Of a stretch of DNA of 64,000 bases, positions 1-11,084 are shown piece by piece. The notes beneath the pieces were generated by a model, which was given only the letters and a program-made list of their open reading frames with translations, was not told the origin of the DNA and did not search any database. Source of the DNA: Antechinus flavipes (Eukaryota); NCBI RefSeq assembly GCF_016432865.1, contig NC_067400.1, positions 1,612,001 to 1,676,000 on the forward strand, given 5' to 3'. The stretch's first letter is position 1, and each line of letters starts with the position of its first letter. A program made the translations under genes and the position numbers.

Positions 1-280
1 CCCCCAGCCGCAGCCCATCATTGCTCCCGAGGTTTTGGGGGGCAATGAGCCGGCTCTTCCCTGAGTCACCACGAGGGGCCGGAGTGTGATGAGAGCACAT
101 CTCTAAGCCACGGGGGGCACTCACGGGAACTCAGACCTCCCCTGAGGAGAAGGGGCCTCCGTTTGGGGGGGGCTGGCTACATCACCCCTAGCATAACCCA
201 GTTCCCTGCTCCTCCCCCAAACCCTGTCTACTTTTATGAGTTCTTTCCTCATTAGAAGCTTCTTGAAGGGAGGGACAGTC

Positions 281-410
281 TTTTCTTCTCTTTCTTCCTT
301 CCCTCTTCTTCTTTCTTTCTTTCTTCTCCTCGTCCCCTTCCTCCTCCTCCCTCCTTCACCCTCTTCTTCCTTCTTCTCCTTCTCCTCTTGCTCCTTCCTC
401 TTCCATCTCA
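281..410. repeat. CT-rich low-complexity tract
   Basis: Runs of ctt/cct/ttc; produces the spurious E/K/R-rich ORF 121-411. Confidence 0.85.
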
Positions 411-916
411 TGAGGGTGCCCTGTGGCCCCTCTCCTAAGCCAGATCTTGGCTGGGCGCTCCTCCCTACCCTCCCCCTCTTCTAATGCAGGAAATTAGCTT
501 GATTGGCTCTTCATTAAAGAACTCCTTCTGGGACCGGCCACGGCCCTGGTCCTGGCCAGCGGGCTCTCGCCCCCGCCCCCCGCCCCCCGCGCTCCCCGAG
601 GACCAGCAGCCGGGCGCCCGGCCTGCCCAGCTCATTACCACGATTGTTTCACGTTCCACGGAGCCAGAAGTGACAGGCCGCCAGGCTAATCATCCCGGGA
701 GAGCTATTCATAGCCATCTGCCGGGGCGCCCCCCCCCCGGCCCGCCGATGGCCCAGTTCTGCTCTAATAGGGTCACTAACGGGAGTCGGCCCCGGGGGAG
801 CCCCGCCTCCAGATCGCACCCCTCCCTCAGCAACAGGATCCCCAGGAGCCCGGATCCCACAAGCCAGGGCCAGGACTGGCTTTTCAGGACTGGCAGGAGC
901 TTGGAACGGGGGTCCA

Positions 917-1092
917 GGCACTGAGAAAGGGGCTCCCGGACACGAGGGAAGGGGCTCCCAGACACCGGGGAAGGGGCTCCCGGATACTGGAGAAGGGGCT
1001 CCCAGACACCGGGGAAGGGGCTCCCAGATACTGGGGAAGGGGCTCCCAGACACCGGGGAAGGGGCCCCTGGGCACTGAGGAAGGGGCTCCCC
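917..1092. repeat. 22-bp minisatellite, ~8 units (SPNS3 intron 7)
   Basis: Unit aaggggctcccagacaccgggg with variants. Confidence 0.92.
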
Positions 1093-2002
1093 CACTTTGG
1101 TCTTACTGCCCGAGGCACTCTCCCTTTAAGGGCATGGATGTCAATCAAGCTAATTTCCCTGCTTTGGAAGGGGGGAGAGGGAGGGCGCCCAGCTAAGACC
1201 AGGTTTAGGAGAGGGGACGGCTAAGAGCCAGCTCCTCTGCAGAGCCCCAGGAGGGCCCCCCCCGGCCGCGGCCCCCTCCTTCTCCTGGGCCCCCCACAGC
1301 CTCCAGCCTTCCTCCCCTGCTGCCATCCTCAAGCCCCAAGTCCCAGCATGGGCCAAAGGGGCGCGGGAGCTTTGTGCCCCGGACAGAGGAGCGGGGACCC
1401 TGAGAAGGGAGGCAGGGAGCCCCGAGGCCGCTCCGTGGGCTCTTACATAGGGCCTGGGAGTCAGAGACCGTCTCTCCCAAGGACTGTGTGTTCTTGCTCC
1501 CAACCCCGTGACGGGATCCTCGATTTAGAGCAGGAGGGCCCCCCCTGAGCCCCACCCCATTTGCAGATGGAGAAACTGAGGGTGCGGGGGCGGGTTCACT
1601 TCCCAGTCTCTGCCTCCGCACTCGGAGCGCTTTCCCCCGGTCCCAGAGCACCGTGACTGGTTGTGAGCACTGTCCCTGCCGGGAAGCTCTTGCTGGGTCT
1701 GCGTCTGAGACTTCGGTGCCCTCCTGGCGAGGCCCTGGGCGGGGCGTGTCCGGGAGCAGCCAGGCCCGTGATTTCCAGGACTGACCGGGCTAGCCGGGGC
1801 TCGGGAGACCCTTCCCAGCACACAGCCGCACAAAGCCCCAGGGCCGCCGAGCCCCTTCCCTTCTGTCCCCCAGCCCGCTCCCTCCCACGGGAGGAGAAGG
1901 GCCGAGGCCGGTGGCCGCAGTTCCGCCGCAGTCCGGGATTCCCAAAGGTTCCCAGAAATCGCCCCCCATCACCAGGGGCACGGCCCCCGCCCGGCCCCTC
2001 AC

Positions 2003-2155
2003 CTGTCGGAGGAGTCGCAGGGCTCCCGGAGGCAGGGAGGCTGCAGGCCCTGGAGCACTCGGATTTGGGTCAGGAACGTGGGGACCCAGAAGGCCAGGGC
2101 TCCGATCACGTAGGCCATGGCCGTGACTCCCAGAGTGGACCACACAAAGCTGCGG
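2003..2155 (-). CDS. SPNS3: SPNS3 exon 7 (153 nt)
   Basis: Acceptor ctctgcag; (N)RSFVWSTLGVTAMAYVIGALAFWVPTFLTQIRVLQGLQPPCLREPCDSSD(S); donor gtgagg. Not shown as an ORF in the track; translated by hand. Confidence 0.93.
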
Positions 2156-2868
2156 CTGCAGAGACAGTGGGGGGCCCTTCAGCAGCCCTGCGCCCGCCTG
2201 CACTATTGGCCCATTTTACAGATGAGGCCGTCCAGGGAGCCCTTTGTCCCCCACAGCAGGGGAGAGGCTGAAAGAGGGAGGGGGCTGCCCCAAGGGCTCC
2301 TGCCCCAGCTGCGGCAGTGACAGGAGGGGCGGCTATCCCGCTGGTCTCTGGGTGCGAGATCCCTGACTCTCCCCTAGCCCCCCCCCCAATTCCCTCAGGC
2401 TGAAAATCGGGATCTCCCCAAGCCCGCAGCGCCCCCTGGTGGGCATGCGCCTCCCCGCTCGCCCCCACCCCTTTCCCTTACTTGTCCACCTCGGTATTTG
2501 TGCCTCAGTCTCCCTCCCCCAACCCGCGCCTAGAGTTTCTGAATCTGCACGGCGCCTGCCCCCTTAACAGTCCCGGACCTTCCTGGGGGTCACAAGGGCA
2601 GCCCCCCATCAGACAGACCCCCCCCAGGCTTCCTCACAGACTCCAGGGAGGCTGGGATTGGGGGCTCCCCTGCCCAGCCGCCCTGTCTGATGCCCCAGGC
2701 ATGATTCTTCGGGGCTGCGGGAACTTCGGGGGGGCTCCCCTCAAAGAAGCCTTTCCCGGAATGCTAACGGCCCCCCAGGCTAAGGAGACCCTCCCCACCC
2801 CATTTCACGGAGGGATAAACTGAGGCCCAGCCAGGCGCCTCTTCCCGGCTGCCCAGCCCGGCACTCAC

Positions 2869-3005
2869 TTTCGCCCCAGGGAGCGCACGTCCTCGCACCA
2901 GCCGGTCCGGACCGCCGGGCTCCCCTCTTCCGCCGCGCCCCGGGGCGGGTCTGGGACCAGCAGGAGGAGCAGGACCAAGGCCACGGCTTCCAGGCAGGGC
3001 GTAAC
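2869..3005 (-). CDS. SPNS3: SPNS3 exon 6 (137 nt)
   Basis: Acceptor ccccag; [45 protein letters not shown]; donor gtgagt. Confidence 0.94.
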
Positions 3006-3215
3006 CTGGGGGGAGCGGGAGCCGGGCTGGAGCAGCGCCCCCCCTTTGGACAGCCCCAGGCTGGCCGCTGGCCCCCCCTCCCCAGAATCCAGCTGCAGCC
3101 CCAGGGCGGCCGTATCCCCCCCCATTTCCCCCCATCCCGCTTTGCTCCCCTCCCCTCCCAGATAAAGGGGGCGCCTCAGGGGGGAAGGAGGGGGAGGGGC
3201 GCCCTCGACCCTTAC

Positions 3216-3282
3216 CCTGAAGGCCCAGGGCCACTCCCCCGTGGCTTTGGTCACGGCAGATCCCAGGACGTAACCCAGGCCG
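3216..3282 (-). CDS. SPNS3: SPNS3 exon 5 (67 nt)
   Basis: Acceptor ctcgcag; (S)[22 protein letters not shown]; donor gtaagg. Confidence 0.93.
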
Positions 3283-3384
3283 CTGCGAGAAGGGAGAGCC
3301 CTCGGTGAGCCCCGAAGCCACGGGCCCACGGTGGGCGGGGAGCCCCCTCCCCTCGGTCCGGCCCCTCGGAAGCGCCCCGCCCAC

Positions 3385-3536
3385 CTTCCCACGGGGATGA
3401 AGAGGTAGAACAGAGACAGCATCCACGTCCTCCGGTCCTTCACGAAGAGATCCCCGATGATGGTGGGGGCGATGGTGGAGTAGCTGGCCACGCCCACGCC
3501 CACGGCTCCCCTCGCCAGGAAGAACAGCCAGGAATA
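3385..3536 (-). CDS. SPNS3: SPNS3 exon 4 (152 nt)
   Basis: Acceptor ccgcag; [50 protein letters not shown]; donor gtgggc. Confidence 0.95.
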
Positions 3537-4302
3537 CTGCGGGAAACAAGGGCTCGGAAGGGCTCGGGACGGGGCCTCCCAGCCTGCACCGCGGCCTCCC
3601 GGGCCACGTCTGGTCCCCAAAGGTCCGGAGCAAGGAGAGGGCAGAGCCTGAAGACTGCGGAGGACACGGGAGGGAGGGGGGATCGGCCTGGATGGGGGGA
3701 GGGGGAAGAAGCGGGGATCGCGGAGGTCGGGATGGGCAGGAAAAGACAAAGCCGGAGGGCTCCCTGAGGGGGGGGGGGCTTCCCAGACAGGGGCAGGTGC
3801 GTCTGCCCAGCCCCCAGAGGAGTCAGAACTGCTGTCAGAAGGGGGGGAGGGGAGGGAGGCACAGCAGTCACCAGCAAACTAAGTCCCCAGGAGGCTCTGG
3901 GAACCATGGCTGGGAAGGTGAAGCCAGTGGCCAGCTGCAGAGCCGAGGTCCCCAGGGGCACCCCCGGGGCCGGGGACTCAGGGCCCTGACTCCTGCCTTT
4001 CTCACCAGCATCCCCCCTCAGCTTCACCCTTTTAGGTCTCAGAGTCCCCCTACAGGGGAAGCATGGGGGGGGGGGAGCTGACAACTATCAGTTATTGTCA
4101 GTTATCAATTGACCTTGGTTAAGTCATCGGGAACAGAAGGCAAGAAATAAAGTGGCTCCTGGGGCCCTGGGCAAGAGAGGGGAAAGGAGAACCTAAGGGG
4201 CTTCTGGGGGGAGGACTGGGGGTCGCTTAGGATTAAAGGGAAGAGATGTAGGTAGGGAAGGGGAAGAGCAGGGGAGGGAGAGGAGCTAAGAAGCGCTGAG
4301 AG

Positions 4303-5310
4303 AGGATATGAACAGACAATTCTCAGATGAAGATGAAACTATTTCTAGCCATATGAAAAGATGCTCCGAGTCATTATTAATCAGAGAAATGCAAATTAAG
4401 ACAACTCTGAGGTACCACCACACCTGTCAGACTGGCTAGAAAGACAGGGAGAGATAATGGGGAATGTTGGAGGGGATGCGGGAAAACAGGGACACTGATG
4501 CATTGTGGGTGGAATTGTGAACACATCCAGCCATTCTGGAGAGCAATTTGGAACAATGCTCAAAAAGTTATCAATCTGTGCATACCCTTTGATCCAGCAG
4601 TGGTTCTATTGGGCTTATATCCCAAAGAAATACTAAAGATGGGAAAGGGACCTGTATGTGCCAAAATGTTTGTAGCAGCCCTGTTTGTAGTGGCTAGAAA
4701 CTGGAAAATGAATGGATGCCCATCAGTTGGAGAATGGCTGGGTAAATTGTGGTATATGAATGTTATGGAATATTATTGCTCTGTAAGGAATGACCAGCAG
4801 GACGAATACAGAGAGGACTGGCGAGACTGACAGGAACTGATGCTAAGTGAAACGAGCAGAACCAGGAGATCATTATATACCTCAACAACGATACTACATG
4901 ATGATCAATTCTGACGGACGTGGCTCTTCAGCAATGAGATGAACCAAATCGGCTCCAATGGAGCAGGAATGGACTGAACCAGCCACGCCAGCGAGAGAAC
5001 TCGGGGAGGTGACAGAACCATTACCCAGAATCCCCGGTCCCTCTGTTTCTGTCCGCGTGCACTTTTTACTTCCCTCACAGGCTGATTGTTCACTATTTCA
5101 GAGTCCGATTCTTTTTGTGCAGCTAAATAACGGTCTGGTCCTGTCTACTTATTGTGCATCTAGTTTAACTAATATATTTAACATCTCCTGGTCATCCTGC
5201 CATCTGGGGGAGGGGGTGGGGGGAAGGAGGGAAAATTGGAACAGAAGGCTTGGCGATTGTCAGGGCTGTACAATACGAGGCTTGTGACCTGGAAATGAGA
5301 AGCTCTGAAA
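4303..5310 (+). mobile_element. 5'-truncated LINE-1 (ORF2 C-terminus plus 3' UTR), antisense in SPNS3 intron 3
   Basis: HCGWNCEHIQPFWRAIW...IPFDPAVVLLGLYPKE is the L1 ORF2 C-terminal region. Flanking 15-bp target-site duplication aagaagcgctgagag (4288-4302) / aagaagctttgagag (5311-5325), 13/15 identical. Confidence 0.92.
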
Positions 5311-6066
5311 AAGAAGCTTTGAGAGGAGGGGGACGCACTTAGGGTTGGGAGTAAGAGCTTTCTCAGAGGTTAGAAGAGGGAGAGGGAGGGGAGAAGGGGA
5401 GGGATAGAGTAAGAGGAGGGGGAAGAGAAGGGGAGGGGAAGTCGGAGAGAAGGGGGGAGGGCGGGGGTCTGCGGCGCTGCTGGTGCTGTGCGGTTGTCCC
5501 CGCTGGTCTGGGGTGGGAGGGGCAGAGGGAGGAAGGAAGGAGGGGGAGGTCAGCCGCGTGCAGATGGGGCGCCGTGCCAGGGCCGGTCCCAAAGACCTCC
5601 GCCAGGCAGTTTTCTGCCCCCCCCCCACCGTGGTCCTTTCCTGCCCAAAGGCGTTTCCTGGCCCAGGGGCTGCAGCCGCCAGAGGCCCCGGCCGGGCCGG
5701 CCGAGCTCTTCCCGCGGGCTCCGGGGAGGGGCCGGGGCGGGATCGCGGCGTCCGCAGCTCGGGGCTGGCCCGGGACCTGGCCCCGAGCCTCTGCTCTGAG
5801 GCACTTTTGCCCGGGGGCCTCTGGGGCTCGCGGGGGCGGGAAGGAGGGGAAGGCTCAGGGCCCGGGCCTCAGTTTCCTTCTCTGCCAGATGCGACAGGAG
5901 CCTCCCGGTCTCCTGGGCCGCTCTGAGAGCTGGGGGAGGGACAGGTGACCCGGGTCCGCCCGGCGGGAGGGGGGAGAGGGCAGCGCGCCCAGCAACGGGC
6001 TAAGTCTTTCCCAACCTCCCGACGTGGAGAAATCAGCCGCGGCTTCCGCCGCCCGCGGGCACCTAC

Positions 6067-6203
6067 CCCGCCCGGGAGGAAGGAGCCCCCGAGGCTGCAG
6101 CTAGACCAGAGGACGATCCCGACGCTCAGAATGGCCTTCCGGCTGTAGCGGTCCCCGAGGTAGCCGAACGGGGGAGCGGCCAGCAGCAGGCCCAAGATGA
6201 ACG
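6067..6203 (-). CDS. SPNS3: SPNS3 exon 3 (137 nt), MFS motif A
   Basis: Acceptor cccgcag; (A)FILGLLLAAPPFGYLGDRYSRKAILSVGIVLWSSCSLGGSFLPGG; donor gtaggt. Confidence 0.94.
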
Positions 6204-7241
6204 CTGCGGGGAGGAAGCCCGAGGGCCTGAGGCCGGGACAGGGCCCGGGGGCGCGCCTGGGAAGCCGGCCCCGCCCCTCCGGCTGCTGCTCTGGACCCCA
6301 CGGCTGCGGCTTAAGGGGCTCAGCCCCCGCCAAGCCCTCAGCGTGACGTCATCCCCCCCCCCCCAGGTCCCTCAGTAAGAAGTAACTGCAGCCAAGGCCT
6401 CCGGCCCGCACTTTCTGCCCCTCCTCTTCCAGCGCCCCCCCTCCCTCGGACTCCAGCCCCTCCCCCACCTGGGCTGCTCTTGCTCTTGAGCTCTCCCCTT
6501 AACTGGGGTCCAGATGCCAGCCCGCCCCTCCCCCCCATGCCTGAAGATCCCTCAGCGCAGGAAAGAAGAGGCGGAAGGTGGCCGGCCTGGGGGTCCCTGT
6601 GCTGGGGGGGACAGAGCCCTCCCTCAGGAAAGGGACAGTGAGCACCAGATCCCGCCCGGACCTCAGCCTGCATCCCTCCTTTGTGCCCATCCCCGGGCTG
6701 GCCCCGAGCCCCAGGAAAGGGGGCAGAGGAGCCTCCAGACCTGAGCCTTGTGGCCAGGGAGGTCAGAGGTCAGAGGCCACTGGTGGGGATGGGCCGGGGG
6801 AGAGCAGACCGTGGGCTCCTCGCCCTGACCGAGCAGCCCCCCCCCCCCAGCTGCCAGCTGAGCCTCCGGTGCGGGGGAGAAGGGAGTCAGAGGGGACCGG
6901 GGGGCTCCCGGCCTGAGGCCAGAAATGGCCTCCAAGGTGGACAGGTCCGCAGGCCCCCCTGCCGCCCCTCCCGATTCTGCGGGGGCTTGGCCACAGCCGC
7001 CTGCACCCTCCCCGGACCCCTGAGGGCCCCAGCGCCCGCTCCCTGCCCAGTCTGGGAGGCCCCCGTCGTGGGGAAGGGGAGCCCTCGCTCTCCATCCCCC
7101 GAGTTAGTCATGTATCCCCACAGCTTGGGGCCGGGGATGGCTGGATAAGGGGGCAGGGTCAAAGGCGGGGGGAGGGGGAGAGCAGAGGCAAAGACGGAGA
7201 CGAGCCCACCTCCTGCCCCAGCCTCGGCGCCCCCCCCTCAC

Positions 7242-7307
7242 CTGTCTGCAGCAAGCCCGCTTCTGAGTCTCTGATGTGGAAATGCTTCTGAATGTCCAGC
7301 AGCACCC
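7242..7307 (-). CDS. SPNS3: SPNS3 exon 2 (66 nt)
   Basis: Acceptor ttctcag; (G)VLLDIQKHFHIRDSEAGLLQT; donor gtgagg; phase 1 to 1. Confidence 0.93.
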
Positions 7308-7945
7308 CTGAGAACCAAGAGACGTTGGGGAAACCGAGGCAGCCCCGGAGGGTCCCCGGAGATTCTGCCTCAGGAGGGGGCGGCAGCTCCGCTCTGGCTG
7401 TCTCTGTGTCTCTCTCTCTGTGTCTCACACACACCCCATACAGGCTTTAGGCTCCGGGTCCCCCCCCATCAGTCACAGGCTCTGTGTCCGGCCTTTGAGC
7501 CCCCAGCCAGAGGAGCCGGACCCGGAGACTTGGGGCCCCGGGGGGGGTATCCTAGGAAGTGGCGGGAAGAAGGGGCCTGACCATGTGCTCTGGGGCTGCC
7601 CCCGCAGGCCTTGGGGGCCTTTCCGTCTCTGCTGATGGGAACCTCTTATCAGGGCAGGGCTCCCGGAGCTGGGCCTGGCTCCCTTTGCTCCGGAGTATAC
7701 AGTAGGGATGCGTAGTGTGCACAATGCTTTGTGTGCAGGAAGTGCTCAATAAATGTGCTTCCATTCACTTGGGCACCCGGATGCCCTGTTTCTCCAGATG
7801 CACAATTCACTCTGTTCAGCCAGGGACAGGAGCGCACATTTATGTGGCTCCCCCGGGCCGGCCTCTGCCAGCGCCGCCACTGCTCTCACTCGGCCTCACG
7901 GCCGCCCTCATTCTGCTCTCTGTGTGTCCTCCCGCCGGCCGTGTG

Positions 7946-8097
7946 CCCCCCCCCCCAGCGTAGCCCGGCACGGACCCCCCCCCAGCATAGCCCGGCACGG
8001 ACCCCCCCCCCAGCATAGCCCGGCACGGACCCCCCCCCAGCGTAGCCCGGCACGGACCCCCCCCCCAGCATAGCCCGGCACGGACCCCCCCCCCCCC
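7946..8097. repeat. ~27-28-bp tandem repeat x5 with variable poly-C (poly-G on the SPNS3 sense strand)
   Basis: cagc(a/g)tagcccggcacgga(c)n at 7956, 7983, 8011, 8038 and ~8066. Confidence 0.92.
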
Positions 8098-8107
8098 GGA
8101 GGCTGAC

Positions 8108-8303
8108 CTGGGATGATGGACCAGTTCATGTAGTTGAGCAGGTTGATGTAACAGAGCACAGCCACAGCCCCGTAGGCCCGGGAGCGGGGGACGCCCGGGG
8201 GCCCCTCTGGCCGCGGGCCCCCCGGGGAGCCGGCTGTTCCATAAAGGGGAGGCCCCGGCTGGGCTCGCAGGGGGGCGGCTTCCTCCCAGCCAGGCTTCTC
8301 CAT
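8108..8303 (-). CDS. SPNS3: SPNS3 coding exon 1 (196 nt)
   Basis: ATG at 8303-8301; 65 codons ending ...YINLLNYMNWSIIP plus G, then donor gtcagc (8107-8102). The start codon is the nearest in-frame ATG, not confirmed by transcript. Confidence 0.88.
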
Positions 8304-9923
8304 GTCCCCTCTGTGCGGAGCGGCCTCCCTGCCTCGGCGCTTCCTGTGGCCTCCGACACCTCAAGAGCAGCAACCTGGCCGCAGAGCTGGGGCCCCGGGG
8401 CCGGGACTTCCTCATTGCGGGCCCATGTCTCTTCCTCTGAAGACTGAGGCCCGATATCAGCAACGGTCGGCCCTGCGTGGCTTCCTGCGCCCCCCGGCCC
8501 GCTCCCCCACTCTGACCTTCCCAGCGCCCCATCGCCCCCCGGGCAGACACGACCCCGGGGGCACCGAGCCCGCCTTGCCTGGGACTTGCCCTCGTCCCTT
8601 CTGGACCACAGCAGAGCCACAGCAGGGGCGGCACACCAGAGGCGCTTAATGTATGCGGGCAGAGATACCTGGAGCGCTGGGACCTGGCCCCGGGGTCCTC
8701 TGCTCCCTTCCCCCCCAGTCGCTTCTGCTGCCACGTGTCCTGGAGCAGGAGGGGGAGGGGAGGGAGAAAGGGGGAGGGGAGGGGGGACAGAGGGCAGCCA
8801 GAACACAAAGGCCTGGGGTCGGGGGCGCTGAAGGCTCAGGGTTTGGGACGCTGATGTCAGACAGCATGGGGGGAGGGGCTCGGCCTGGGCCTGGGGTCTC
8901 GGAGGACAGAACCAGGTGGTGGGGGATGGGGAGGCTCAATTTCTTCCACCCAGAGCCGGTTCCCAGGCATGAGGAACTGCCCCTCAGGGGTCATGTGGAT
9001 GGGATTCCTTGTGGGGGACAGGCGGAAAATTGTCCAGTCTGCGGTCCTGCCGTCCCAACGGAGGCAGAAACTGTCCCCAAATGTCCCCTTGGCTTTAAAG
9101 ACCCCTGGCGCCCCTTGCTCCACCTTGGGCTCAGAGGGCAAGTCCTCAGGGTGGTCGCCCCTCCCCCCTCCTTTGGCCGAGCCCCTCGGAGCGGTCGCCC
9201 CCCCAAGCCCGAGCTGACACTCCCAGGTACAGGCGCCTGGTATCAGTCCGAGCCTCTTCCTGTAAAAGCCGAGACCCCGTGGTCAGGGGAAGGACCCGGC
9301 CCAGGATGAACACGGCTGAGCGCTTACTGTTTGCCCGGCACTCCCACTACTGCGGGGGCCATGGAAGCGGCAGCAGAGACGGGGCCTCGGTGGCAGCTGC
9401 CTCAGCTTGGGGGCCCCTGCCCGGCCCGGCCCCCCACCCGCTCCCCCACTGCCCGCGCTGGGAGGCCGATGGCAGCGGTTTCTTTCCCAGTGAAACGCGC
9501 CCCAGGGGGACTGCCAGGGGCCGCCGGGGGGAACTTTCCGGGCCGGAGTGTTCGTGCCCGGAGGGTCCTCGGTCTTCATGCTCCGGACTGATCTCGAATG
9601 ACGGGCTCCCGGTGGGGAGACCCTGCAGGGCAAGCCGGGGGCCAGGCCTGGACAGCTCTGCCGAAGCCATGAGCCAAGGTTTGGGTCTAGAGCCCCCTGG
9701 TGGTCGCCCGTGCACCCGCCTCCTGGCTGGTGATGGAAGAACAGTGACTGCGGGCCTTTCCAGGTGCGTGGGAAAGAGCGGGATGTGGGTCTTTGTTACT
9801 GAAGCCCCTCAAGGTCCGGGGGCTTCTCCCCGAGAGTGCTCGGCTCAGCAAATGGGGACAGGGCGGGGAGGAGGGAGGTTTGGGGTCCAACCTTCACCAC
9901 CCAGCTGCATGTGAAGCAGAATC

Positions 9924-10150
9924 GGGGGACCCAGAGGCCACGGGGGACCCAGAGACCATGGGGGGGACCAGGGGGGGACCCAGAGGCCACAGGGGGACCC
10001 AGAGACCATGGGGGGGACCAGGGGGGACCAGGGGGGACCCAGAGACCATGGGGGGGACCAGAGACCATGGGGGGGACCAGGGGGGACCCAGAGACCATGG
10101 GGGGACCCAGAGGCTACAGGGGGGACCCAGAGGCGGGGGGGGGGGGACCC
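9924..10150. repeat. G-rich ~20-bp degenerate minisatellite
   Basis: Repeated gggggacccagagaccatgg / gggggaccagg units. Confidence 0.88.
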
Positions 10151-11084
10151 GGAGGCGGGCACCTGAGCCCCTCTTCCACCCACAGTGTAGACAACAGAAG
10201 CCTTCCGGTGAACAGCCCCGACCACTTCGGAGGGAGCCCCTCCCAGCTTGGGGGAGACCTTTCCATTAAGCTTCGCTTCAGTGTGACTTCCACCCACGAC
10301 TCCTACTTTTGTCCATGGGTGCAAACGGGGCTGGCGCCGCCCCTGACGGGTCCCTCCGCGGGCCACACGGGCCCAGCTCCTCCTTCGGGGCACGAGCTCC
10401 AGCGCCCTCCTCCGAGCGCCCCCTAGTGTCAGTGTCCGTCCCAAAGGTGGCACCGAGACCTGAACCCGGCTCCTGGGGCGCCCAGGCCCGGGACTAGCTC
10501 CCTTGGCCTGGAAACTGCCTCTCCCGCCGCCTGAGGCCCCGGCCGCCTTCTTGGCTGTCAGGTGACCGGGGCTGAGCTCTCGTCCACAACCACCACACTG
10601 CCCATTTAAGGAGGGTTTATTTACTCTTTGATCTCCCTGTTTCCTCCCATGATGCCGCCGCCCCCCCCCTGCTGTGCTGCTCCCGCCCACAAGGGCCCCC
10701 CAACTTCCCCGGGGCCTTCCCTGACTCCTCCTCCCGGGGACACCTGCAGGGCGCCCGGCTTCCCGTGTTCTCCAGCACCTCCCCCTCCTCCGCCGGCACC
10801 TTGAGCCCCCTCTTGCCCGCACTCTGGAGGTGGCTCCGAGCCCCTGGCACTTCCCCCCTTGCCCGGTGACCCCCTCATAAGCTCCCGGCTCTGGCCGCCC
10901 CTCAGGAGGGAGACTAGGAAGCCGAGTCCCAGGGAAGCTCCGGACTGGCCCGCGGTCACCCAGACAGGGAGCGGGGTCTCGGAGGCCCCAGGGCCCAGGC
11001 TGCGCCGTCACACCCAGAACGTGGGCGGCTCTTCCGACAGCAGCGTCCTGAGGGGAGCCGAGTGACTGACGGGCCTGCGCCGCT

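Larger units (their letters stand above)
2003..8303 (-). other. SPNS3: SPNS3 gene span (coding exons 1-7; 3' exons lie outside the window to the left), Spinster-family MFS transporter
   Basis: Spliced exons give MEKPG...AYGAVAVLCYINLLNYMNWSIIPGVLLDIQ...PFGYLGDRYSRK...[15 protein letters not shown]...[11 protein letters not shown]...[10 protein letters not shown]...RSFVWSTLGVTAMA...LQPPCLREPCDSSD. NYMNW (rather than the NYMDR of SPNS1/2) and head-to-head position next to UBE2G1 fit SPNS3. I found no exon 8 in 1-2002. Confidence 0.93.

Noticed and set aside
1-2002. Search for SPNS3 exon 8 (LIFG...-type peptide)
   Set aside because: No matching peptide with splice sites found; assumed to lie left of the window, so gene truncation is not claimed.
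6344-6351. Perfect CRE palindrome TGACGTCA (also at 51163-51170)
   Set aside because: One or two copies of an 8-mer are expected by chance in 64 kb of CpG-retaining DNA.
8857-9141. Protein-looking minus-strand ORF upstream of SPNS3 (possible extra 5' exon)
   Set aside because: No similarity to Spinster N-termini and no convincing donor; exon 1 already has a suitable ATG.
10186-10318. Segment after a cacag acceptor translating to GDLSIKLRFSVTSTHDSYFCPW, faintly Ig-like
   Set aside because: Poor match to the D-x-G/A-x-Y-x-C motif, no upstream Cys/Trp strands, and a weak donor.
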